Assembly (NCBI GenBank): GCA_964248365.1
Contig: CAXTYC010000009.1
Span: 61,991 to 125,990 of the forward strand
DNA length: 64,000 nucleotides
Reading direction: 5' to 3'
From: an uncultured Chroococcidiopsis sp.
Lineage (GTDB): Bacteria; Cyanobacteriota; Cyanobacteriia; Cyanobacteriales; Chroococcidiopsidaceae
Shown here: positions 10,179-18,570 of the stretch, one piece after another
Numbering within the stretch: position 1 is the first letter of the stretch
Layout: the number at the start of each line of letters is the position of its first letter
The notes under the pieces: model-generated
The model's input: the letters and a program-made list of their open reading frames with translations, nothing else
The model's database searches: none
Told to the model about the DNA's origin: nothing
Made by a program: the position numbers and the translations under genes

Positions 10179-10745
10179 TCATTGTTTGATATTGACTTTA
10201 CAAATAAAATGTGCTGCTTGGGCAAGGTCAGTAGCGATGTAGTGCGGTATGCGTTGGCTCGTAATCATCCACTCAGTTTCATTACCATTATCAATTAGCA
10301 CGGTTTGACAACCAGCACGGCGACCAGCCTCTACATCGTTGAGAATGTCGCCAATAAACCAGGAACTGGTAAGGTCAATTCTATGATGTTCGGCGGCGCG
10401 AATGATTAAACCTGGTTCAGGTTTGCGGCAGCAGCAGCGTTGGTTGTAGGGGGACGAGCCATCGGGATGGTGGGGACAGTAGTAAAAGCCAGTCAATGGT
10501 ACGCCAATTTCTGCCAGTAAATAACGCAATTTTGCTTCGACTGACAACAGAGCAGATTCTGGAAAGTAACCACGAGCTACACCAGATTGATTCGAGATAA
10601 TAATTAGCTTATAGCCAGCTTCGTGGAGCGATCGCACTCCTATGTCAGCTCGCGCTGTCAACTCAATCAAGTCTGGATTCGCATTGTATGGTACATCCTC
10701 AATCAGTGTCCCATCCTTATCCACAAAAACCGCTTTATTTGTCAT
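10179..10745 (-). CDS. gmhB: D-glycero-D-manno-heptose bisphosphate phosphatase (HAD IIIA)
   Basis: AVFVDKDGTL, SNQSGVARG, YYCPHHP..C.CRKPEPG, IGDILNDVEAG. Confidence 0.85.
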   Translation of the reverse strand: MTNKAVFVDKDGTLIEDVPYNANPDLIELTARADIGVRSLHEAGYKLIIISNQSGVARGYFPESALLSVEAKLRYLLAEIGVPLTGFYYCPHHPDGSSPYNQRCCCRKPEPGLIIRAAEHHRIDLTSSWFIGDILNDVEAGRRAGCQTVLIDNGNETEWMITSQRIPHYIATDLAQAAHFICKVNIKQ

Positions 10746-10819
10746 TGGTTATTTTTCTCCCCCAGCTCCCCTTTGCTCCCCCTGCTGTCATCACGAAGAA
10801 TCTTTATTGCAAAACGAGA

Positions 10820-11545
10820 TCAGGGCCAAGATGTCTCGCGCATGGGTAAAACCATTACTTCCGGTATCACAGTTTCCACTGGTTGCATCAAAATGTAACG
10901 AATTGTGTCAGCAACGTGTTTGGGGTCTTGGAGATTATTGAGATCAATGTCTGGAAACCGTTCTAGTAAAAATGGTGTTCGCATTCCACCTGCTACCACA
11001 GCTGTCACTTTGATGTTGTGTGGACGGGCTTCTACGTGCAGGGCATGGCTAAAGCCCAAAAGCCCCCATTTACTAGCATGGTAAGCTGAAGCATTTGCCC
11101 AAGCTCGTTTAGCAGCAGTCGAGACGATATTGACAATGTTACCGCTTTGCTGCTGTTTCATATAGGGAAGTACGAACTTGGACATTACGAAAGGTCCGTT
11201 CAAGTTGACTGCGATAATTCGATTCCAGTCCTCGACGGTAAGCTCATCTACAGCTAAAGTCATGTCTACGCCAGCATTGTTGATCAGGATATCTATCTGA
11301 CCATATTGAGAAATAATCTCATTTATAGCTTTCTCTACACTAGCTGCATCGCAAACATCCAGCTGCAACGCTTGGGCTTTACCACCTTCTGCTTGAATTT
11401 CTAGGGCAACCTTTTGGGCAAGTTCTTCCCGAATATCAGCAACAATGGCGAAAGATCCCCCAGATCCCAACATTCGGCAAATCGCTTCCCCAAGCCCTCG
11501 ACCTCCACCTGTAACAATCGCAACTTTTCCTGACAGTTCTTGCAT
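10820..11545 (-). CDS. Short-chain dehydrogenase/reductase
   Basis: TGGGRGLG, NNAG, YHASK (YxxxK). Confidence 0.9.
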   Translation of the reverse strand: MQELSGKVAIVTGGGRGLGEAICRMLGSGGSFAIVADIREELAQKVALEIQAEGGKAQALQLDVCDAASVEKAINEIISQYGQIDILINNAGVDMTLAVDELTVEDWNRIIAVNLNGPFVMSKFVLPYMKQQQSGNIVNIVSTAAKRAWANASAYHASKWGLLGFSHALHVEARPHNIKVTAVVAGGMRTPFLLERFPDIDLNNLQDPKHVADTIRYILMQPVETVIPEVMVLPMRETSWP

Positions 11546-11567
11546 AATTTTGTTTTCCTAAAAATTC

Positions 11568-13649
11568 TCACAATTTGACCGAGTGATCGAGTGATAGGGT
11601 GATGGGGTGATGGTGTGATGGGCTATCTTCCCACCTCCTCACCTCCTCACCTTCCCACCTTTCTGAAAGACTGGCTGCCCCCTGCTGTGCCAAAAGTCGC
11701 TCCTCAACGAGTTCACACAGCAGGTGGATGACAAAAATTTGCACCTCTTGAATATGCTGCGGGTTGTTGGCTGGCACGATGATAGAAATGTCTGCTAGTT
11801 GGCGCAAATCTCCCCCATCCTTACCCAAGAGTGCAACGGTACGTAAACCTTGAGAACGGGCGGCAACAAATGCGTGCAGCAAGTTAGGAGAACGACCACT
11901 AGTACTAATGCCAACTAGGACATCTCCAGGGCGACCAAATGCTTCTACCTGTCGAGCAAATACATATTCGTAGCCTGTATCGTTAGCCCACGCTGTCAGT
12001 ACTGCTGTATCGGCAGTCAGCGCCAAAGCTGGTAAACTTTTTCGAGATGGGCTTTTGAAGCGTCCGACAAACTCAGCTGCCCAGTGCTGGGCATCAGCCG
12101 CGCTACCACCGTTGCCGCAGATTAGTAGCTTGCCATCCTTGCTAAAGCAAGTGTATAGGATTTGAGCCACATCGAGTATGGGCGTTTGGCACAGTTGCCG
12201 TGAGGCGTGGAGCGCCCCTAGTAAATTGTTGAAGCCTCGCTCAACAATGGCAAGATCTTGGTGGTAGCTCAGATATGATGAGCCGCTTTCCTCGATAGGA
12301 TTTACTACATGAGTTGACGCTAGGACTTGCTCATAAACAGAGGCGATCGCGCTACTAACTTTTTGCCATGTAAAAAGTTCATTTGCCCGTTCAATCGCTG
12401 CCGTTCCCAAGTCATTCAAAACTTGGGGATGTTGGTAGAGATAGGCAAGGCGATTTGCGATCGCCTCTGGATTATGTGGCGGTACTAGGTAGCCTGTTTT
12501 ACCATCTTGTACAGTGAATTTAATTCCCCCCACCTCTGAGCCAATCACTGGTGTACCGCAAGCCATTGCTTCTACAGGTGTAATCCCAAATGGTTCATAC
12601 CAAGGTGTAGTAATAAACACATCGGCAGCACTGTAATACCATTTGAGTACATCTCTTCCACGCCGCCCTACAAATGTAACCATTTCGCTTATTTCTAACT
12701 GGTGGGCGATCGCTTGCAGCCGACCAATTTCAGGACAAAGACTGGGGTTAGGCTCATCTGACTCACCGCCCACGATCAGTAGTCGGGTAGGGGGAACTGG
12801 GGAGGCTGGGGGAGCTGGGGGGGAAATTACCCGAGTCCCGAGTCCTGAGTCCTGAGTCCCTTTTTCTAGCTCCTTGCCTCTTGCCTCTTGCCTCTCGCCT
12901 TCTAACCCCTTCACAAAAGAGGCAAATCCATGAATAACTGTATCTACTCCTTTACGCTTAACCATGCGACCGAGTTGGAGGATTACTCGTTCTTCTGGAT
13001 GAATACCTAATGCTACCCGTGCTAGTGCTTTACCAATGGGACAAAATTGGTTAGTGTCAAAACCACCAGGAATGATCGTGATTTTTGCCGGATCTGCTTG
13101 ATAAAAATTGCACAAGTCTTCTTTTTCTTGAGGACATTCAGCAATAATGCGATCGGCATTAGAGACAATGCGCTCTTCAATGGCGAACCGCTGTTCGGGG
13201 AATTGATCGGCATCACCTTGATGAAAGCGGCGGACACGACCTAGAGCATGAAAGGTGATAACAAAGGGAATGCCTTGACTACACTTAAGCTCAGCCGCCA
13301 CCAAACCAGACATCCAAAAGTTAGCATGGATCAAGTCATAGGTTTTACTTTGTTGCTGGCAAAATTGTTGGATGTAGGCGGTAAACTCTGGCATTAAGGG
13401 CAGCAGATCCTCCTTGCGTACATATTCAGGAGAACCTGCTGGTACATGAATGATGCGAACACCGTTCATCCATTGGGCTACTTCTGGCAGCAGTGTACTA
13501 TCCCGACGAGTGAATACATCCACTTCGTAACCAATCGTCGCTAAGTTTTTAGCAATTTCTCCCACATAGACGTTTTGCCCCCCACCATCCACACCACCCA
13601 AAATTGCCAACGGTGAAGCGTGTTCACTGATCAAGGCGATTCGTTTCAT
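11568..13649 (-). CDS. GT4 glycosyltransferase (MshA-like) fused to a C-terminal SIS-domain phosphoheptose isomerase (GmhA-like)
   Basis: N-terminal SEHASP..DGGGQNVYV, HANFWMSG, YEPFGITPVEAMACG; C-terminal CGNGGSAADAQHWAAEFVGRF, ND.GY..VFARQV, GISTSGRS, HIQEVQ. Confidence 0.9.
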   Translation of the reverse strand: MKRIALISEHASPLAILGGVDGGGQNVYVGEIAKNLATIGYEVDVFTRRDSTLLPEVAQWMNGVRIIHVPAGSPEYVRKEDLLPLMPEFTAYIQQFCQQQSKTYDLIHANFWMSGLVAAELKCSQGIPFVITFHALGRVRRFHQGDADQFPEQRFAIEERIVSNADRIIAECPQEKEDLCNFYQADPAKITIIPGGFDTNQFCPIGKALARVALGIHPEERVILQLGRMVKRKGVDTVIHGFASFVKGLEGERQEARGKELEKGTQDSGLGTRVISPPAPPASPVPPTRLLIVGGESDEPNPSLCPEIGRLQAIAHQLEISEMVTFVGRRGRDVLKWYYSAADVFITTPWYEPFGITPVEAMACGTPVIGSEVGGIKFTVQDGKTGYLVPPHNPEAIANRLAYLYQHPQVLNDLGTAAIERANELFTWQKVSSAIASVYEQVLASTHVVNPIEESGSSYLSYHQDLAIVERGFNNLLGALHASRQLCQTPILDVAQILYTCFSKDGKLLICGNGGSAADAQHWAAEFVGRFKSPSRKSLPALALTADTAVLTAWANDTGYEYVFARQVEAFGRPGDVLVGISTSGRSPNLLHAFVAARSQGLRTVALLGKDGGDLRQLADISIIVPANNPQHIQEVQIFVIHLLCELVEERLLAQQGAASLSERWEGEEVRRWEDSPSHHHPITLSLDHSVKL

Positions 13650-14761
13650 ATATTGCCTCCTGTTGATTTAGGGGCTAGGGGTTGGGGGCTAGGGGCTAGG
13701 GGATTTTGGATTTTAGATTTTGGATTTTGGATTGGAATAACTCCCTCAGCTTCCCCATCTCCCTCAGCTCCCCCAGCTCCCCCAGCTCCCCCAGCTCCCA
13801 CAGATCCCCCTACTCTAATTCCAGTAACCAAGCTAAATGCCTGATCCCAGTCACGGATAAATCGTTGAATGTTAAATCGCTCCCTAGCGTGACGACGAGC
13901 ATTTGCACTCAAGCGATGCGCTTCATCTGGGTGATTGAGTAACTCCTGCATCCGTTCTACCAGTCGGTTGAGGTTCGTATCAACGTAGCCGGAGACACCA
14001 TTTTCTACTACTGTTACCATTTCTGTTGTTGCTAAAGCGATAATTGGCATTCCAATCATCATTGCTTCACATACAGCTAAACCTAGGCTGGTGTAGCGAA
14101 TCGGATTGAAAAAGAAGCGATAGCGTGATTCAAAAGCACTCAGCTGATCGTGCTTGATTTCCCCAAGTCCTCCCATCATCTGTGATCCCATGCCAATTAG
14201 GTCAAGGGGAATTTGACTTGCCACTCGTGTAAATACATCAGCCCCAAGGCGGCGACCTCTGGTATACAAACCATTGACTACTACCAAACCCTTATCCAGT
14301 TCACCTGTGTAATTGATATCTTCTGGCACAATTACCCCATGCTCAATCACACGGGTAGGGGTACGAAGGCTGTCCCACATCAAGTCATTAAAATCTGTAA
14401 CGTGAACGAGCAGTATGTTAGAGTCATCTACCAAATGGCGTGTATCTGTGGGATGTTGGCGTGGTGGATCGTGTTCTAGATAGATGCGCGGAAGCTGCCG
14501 CTGAGATTCACAGAGAATTTCGTATTGATCTTTTAAGTAGTTCTGCTGTGACTGAAATAGGATACAGTCAAACTCCAGCTTTTGTACCTCCAAAGCTGGT
14601 ACGTCATGAACGTTATCTGACCAAGGAAAGCCATGCAAGCGACCGCCATAGCCTGCGGGTTTGCCAGGTTTGACAGGGAGATAGAACTCATGGCGCGATT
14701 GCACCAGGTAGTACAGATAGCTACCGTGAATATGCCATGTCAGGATGCGTAATGGACGCAT
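13646..14761 (-). CDS. Glycosyltransferase (GT4/GT-B)
   Basis: ILTWHIHGSY, FFNPIRYTSLGLAVCEAMMIG, NGVSGYV; its stop overlaps the next start (ATGA at 13646-13649). Confidence 0.85.
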   Translation of the reverse strand: MRPLRILTWHIHGSYLYYLVQSRHEFYLPVKPGKPAGYGGRLHGFPWSDNVHDVPALEVQKLEFDCILFQSQQNYLKDQYEILCESQRQLPRIYLEHDPPRQHPTDTRHLVDDSNILLVHVTDFNDLMWDSLRTPTRVIEHGVIVPEDINYTGELDKGLVVVNGLYTRGRRLGADVFTRVASQIPLDLIGMGSQMMGGLGEIKHDQLSAFESRYRFFFNPIRYTSLGLAVCEAMMIGMPIIALATTEMVTVVENGVSGYVDTNLNRLVERMQELLNHPDEAHRLSANARRHARERFNIQRFIRDWDQAFSLVTGIRVGGSVGAGGAGGAGGAEGDGEAEGVIPIQNPKSKIQNPLAPSPQPLAPKSTGGNI

Positions 14762-15018
14762 GGATGTGAGGAAAGCACAATTATTGCTATCTATACTCCA
14801 TGAGTTCGCCCTAAGAATGCATTGGACATTTGCCAAAGATCTTGGCGTTTTTGATGCTCAGTCATTGTGCAAATGCACAATAGAGATTATGTCGAACAGC
14901 AGGCAAATTAAATTGATGCGATCGCATCAATCTAAAGTCATCTCAGTGGGACAAGGGGGGAAATTACCGCAATACCTCTTTACCCTTTCCCTTTCCCTTT
15001 ACCCTTTACCCTTTTTCC

Positions 15019-16371
15019 TTACAGACAGCGTAAAAGCAAGGCAAGACGGATCTGCATTGCATCGTCAAATCGACGTGGATCGAGTCCAGTCAGCCAGCTA
15101 ATCTTGTCGAGCCGATAGCTAAGGGTATTGCGATGAATCGAAAGTCTGTTCGCTGTTGTAGATGGGCAGCAGTTTTCCCTAAAGAAAGCATCAAGAGTGG
15201 TAAGGAGGTCACTTTCCTGATCGAGCGGGCTAAGTAAATGCTTTGCTAGATCGATTTTTGTGCTTTCATCAGCAATCCCAACAAAAGCGGCAATTCCTAA
15301 TTCATCAAGGCAATGTACCTGGTTTGTGCCGTGAAAACGGCGACCAAGCAAGAGTGCAGCACGAGCATCTTGATATGATTTTGCTAAACCCTCTATTCTG
15401 GGGTGGTGGCGACCGATGCCAATGCTGATTGCTGCTTTAGTGTCGCAGCGTAGGCGCGTCAACAGCGCCCCCGAAGCCCGTTTCAAAGCACTCAAATTTG
15501 CCCATGATGGTATGGATTGGCTAGGGCTATCTTCACGCCCCGCCCACACAGCTAAGTCTTGAGTACTGCTTGCTTTTAGGACAGCTACTTCGCCATCACC
15601 AATGTAGGCACAGATTGTGTCGTTGGGCAGATGGAAAAAGCTAACAATACTGTTAATAATACACTGCGCCCGTTGCCAGATCAATGTTTCGCTATTAAAA
15701 GATGCAATATGTTGCGGCTCTAGGATATATTCTGCTGCGTCGATCAGAACTACGGCACGGGGACGGGTGAAGTCCATGCCCAAAAGTTGTCCTTGCCGCA
15801 GAATGTCTGACGAAGCAAGTGTAGAACCACGAAGCAGATCGTGAATAAACTTGTTCTTGAGTTCGTGCTGGGAAGGTAATTGCGCCACAACTGCTGTTTG
15901 ATTGACAAGCATCTCTACCAGCATCTGTGCGAAACGGGGCGAAATGGTTTCACCTTGTTCACAAGGGGCAATCATCACTTCTCCAGAGTGACCGTTGCAG
16001 CGAATGGGTACACGCAATGTGTGAGGGGCTAGAGGCTGGGGGTTAGGGGCTAGAGGATTTTGGATTTTAGATTCTGGATATTGGATTAAGAACTCTCCCT
16101 CAGCAACCCCAGCTCCCCCAGCTCCCCCAGATCCCATAGCGAACCCTGCTTTGATCGGCATTCCTTCTTGAAGGTAGTGGGTGCTGTGGGCGATCGCTAC
16201 TCCTCGTTCATCAACTACCAAAACTTGTGTACATAAGAGTTCAGCAATCCGCTCTGTGACAAATTGTGCTACTTGCTCAAATTTAGCCACACTTGGAACT
16301 GTCAGATCCCAATTGTCAGATTCCAATTGTTCTAACTTTTGATCCCTGGCTTCTATTTTTTGTCTAGTCAA
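15019..16371 (-). CDS. CdaR/PucR family transcriptional regulator
   Basis: CdaR-like N-terminus (VLVVDERGVAIA), GGDEF-like middle (SIGIG..SYQDA), C-terminal HTH LLTTL..F..TANRLSIHRNTLSYRLDKI..TGLD. Confidence 0.85.
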   Translation of the reverse strand: MTRQKIEARDQKLEQLESDNWDLTVPSVAKFEQVAQFVTERIAELLCTQVLVVDERGVAIAHSTHYLQEGMPIKAGFAMGSGGAGGAGVAEGEFLIQYPESKIQNPLAPNPQPLAPHTLRVPIRCNGHSGEVMIAPCEQGETISPRFAQMLVEMLVNQTAVVAQLPSQHELKNKFIHDLLRGSTLASSDILRQGQLLGMDFTRPRAVVLIDAAEYILEPQHIASFNSETLIWQRAQCIINSIVSFFHLPNDTICAYIGDGEVAVLKASSTQDLAVWAGREDSPSQSIPSWANLSALKRASGALLTRLRCDTKAAISIGIGRHHPRIEGLAKSYQDARAALLLGRRFHGTNQVHCLDELGIAAFVGIADESTKIDLAKHLLSPLDQESDLLTTLDAFFRENCCPSTTANRLSIHRNTLSYRLDKISWLTGLDPRRFDDAMQIRLALLLRCL

Positions 16372-16374
16372 TCC

Positions 16375-17454
16375 TTAGACCTCCCCTATACAACACACGA
16401 GGCTCTTTTGGTGCAGTAAGTCTTTGGCCCTTGCAATTACGGTTTCTGGACTAATACCCCCGCGATCGCAAACGATGCGATGGCGATCGCGGTCGAGCGG
16501 AGCCCATCGCACTGGATCAGATTGTGTAAAAATTACGACGCTATTAACTTGCAAAGCAGCTGCTAGATGAGAAACTCCCGTATCGTTACATATTAGTAAA
16601 CTTGCCTGTTTTAGCAACACAGCTAATGCACCCAAATTCGTCCGACCAGCCAAATTCAGACTAGGAGCTTTCATCAGTGATGCTACTGTTCGTGTTAGCT
16701 CAATTTCCTCAGCTGAGCCTGTGAGGACAACAGGTAATCCCATTGCTGCGATCGCATCCCCTACAGCGGCAAATCCTTCTGGTTGCCAACAACGAGCTGG
16801 GGTACTTGCCCCTGGATGAATACAAACATATCCCCCTTCCACCTGAACATCAATTTCCCTCAGTGCTATCTTATCCTCCTCATAGAGGGGAAACTCCAAA
16901 TCAGTTCCCGCATCTGGAACTCCAAGGAACTCTAACAGGCGCAGGTAGCGGCGTACTTCCGATTCTTCAGTAATGTAGGGCAAAAAGCGGCTTTCATCTG
17001 GGCAATATTGCCCAGGTAGGAAAAAACCTGCATTGCAACGCGCCCCTAATAGCACTGTGATCGGATTTGTGATTGTACCATTCCCGTGCATCTGGATTGC
17101 CAGATCAAATTGCTCGTTCTGGGCTTGTTGAATAAAGGCAACAATTTGTGCCAGCACGATTGGCTGTTCTGGTAAACCAGGATAACCAGGAAATTCTAAC
17201 AGCCTATCTATGTATCGGTCAAAACGTTTGATTAATGGTTTGATCGAAGCCAAACCAATTAGGACAATTTCTGCCTGGGGAAATGCTGTGCGTAAAGCTC
17301 GGAAGGCGGGGACAGTACATAGTATGTCCCCAAGCCCATTTAGCGCTCTGAAAAGCGCGATGCGCTTTGGGGGAGTGGTTCCTAATAGACATCCTCCCTG
17401 TTCTCCAGGTAGTTGACTATTGTAGAGCTGAGATTGTTTATATGTATGATTCAC
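16375..17454 (-). CDS. Glycosyltransferase family 9
   Basis: RALNGLGDILCTVPA, IHPGAST.ARCW, CNDTGVSHLAAA, RWAP. Confidence 0.9.
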   Translation of the reverse strand: MNHTYKQSQLYNSQLPGEQGGCLLGTTPPKRIALFRALNGLGDILCTVPAFRALRTAFPQAEIVLIGLASIKPLIKRFDRYIDRLLEFPGYPGLPEQPIVLAQIVAFIQQAQNEQFDLAIQMHGNGTITNPITVLLGARCNAGFFLPGQYCPDESRFLPYITEESEVRRYLRLLEFLGVPDAGTDLEFPLYEEDKIALREIDVQVEGGYVCIHPGASTPARCWQPEGFAAVGDAIAAMGLPVVLTGSAEEIELTRTVASLMKAPSLNLAGRTNLGALAVLLKQASLLICNDTGVSHLAAALQVNSVVIFTQSDPVRWAPLDRDRHRIVCDRGGISPETVIARAKDLLHQKSLVCCIGEV

Positions 17455-17660
17455 AAATTTCTTGCCAGCACAACGATAGCGTCTTGGGCTGCTTCCCTAA
17501 AGGTTAGGTAAGCTTAGATGCCGCCTTGCGTTAGGTGAATGTAAATTTATTTTGATTGCAACTCTAGGAATCAAAATAAAGTTAGCTGCTACTGTTTCTC
17601 CTGGCTTCTACCATAAGAACGAGTTTTAAAACAGTTACCAGTTACCAGTATCCAGTATTT

Positions 17661-17770
17661 GTAGGGTGCGATCTTCGTTTAGCGTAACGCACGACTATTC
17701 AGGCTTAGGTGCGTTACGCTTAGCTAACACACCCTACGTATTTGTTCAAAAATCAAATAGTAATCCTATA
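17661..17770. repeat. REP-like inverted doublet (GTAGGG..CCCTAC) followed by a MITE-like end
   Basis: GTAGGGTG pairs with CACCCTAC; AGCGTAACGCAC pairs with GTGCGTTACGCT; then TTCAAAAATCAAATAGTAATCCTATA. Confidence 0.65.
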
Positions 17771-17817
17771 TCTATGAAGCCAGGAAGACAAAGGGACAAG
17801 GGAAACAAACAACACAA

Positions 17818-18501
17818 TTACGAATTACGAATTTCTTCTTGATATGCTTTGACTTGATGATCAATTCCAGTGATTGCCGCCCCGACGACAACAGCAAAGG
17901 CTCCCAAATCCAAGGCTTGACGAGCCATTTGGGGAGAGGAAATACCACCTTCACAAATAGCTGGAACTTCTAGATTTTTTACCATTTGGATGAGTAGTTC
18001 AAAGCCTGGAGGTTTCAAATGGTTGGTGCGAGCAGTATATCCGTAGAGAGTAGTTCCTACTAAATCAGCACCAGCAGCAGCAGCGGCATGGGCGGCCTCA
18101 AATGTATCTACATCTGCCATGACTGGCTTGCCTAGTTCTTCATGAATGCGTGTAATTAGTGAGGTAACTGTTTCTCCCTCTGGACGGTTTCTCCCAGTGG
18201 CATCGATCGCAATAATATCCGCTCCAGAGTTGGCGATCGCACTTGCCTGATGAAACTGAGGAGTAATGTATACATCGATGCCTGGTAACTTTTGCTTCCA
18301 TAACCCAATAATCGGGGCTTTAACTTTTTGTCGTACTGCACTGATATGATCTGGGGTATCAATTCGTACTCCAACTGCCCCAGAATTGACAGATGCTTGT
18401 GCGATCGCCGCTATGACACCAGGCTCATGAAGTGGTGATTGAGCAGGAGCTTGACAGGACACAATTAGTCCACGAGATAGAGCTTGAATTACACTGTGCA
18501 T
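17818..18501 (-). CDS. nanE: N-acetylmannosamine-6-phosphate 2-epimerase
   Basis: GLIVSCQA, PIIGLWK, VYITP, IAIDAT.R.RP, GTTLYGYT, CEGGI. Confidence 0.9.
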   Translation of the reverse strand: MHSVIQALSRGLIVSCQAPAQSPLHEPGVIAAIAQASVNSGAVGVRIDTPDHISAVRQKVKAPIIGLWKQKLPGIDVYITPQFHQASAIANSGADIIAIDATGRNRPEGETVTSLITRIHEELGKPVMADVDTFEAAHAAAAAGADLVGTTLYGYTARTNHLKPPGFELLIQMVKNLEVPAICEGGISSPQMARQALDLGAFAVVVGAAITGIDHQVKAYQEEIRNS

Positions 18502-18568
18502 TATCAGTTACCAGTTACCAGTTATCAGTTACCAGTTACCAGTTATCAGTTATCAGTTACCAGTTACT
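18502..18568. repeat. Heptamer tandem repeat (C/TCAGTTA)n
   Basis: About 9 copies fill the cikA-nanE spacer. Confidence 0.9.
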
Positions 18569-18570
18569 AA

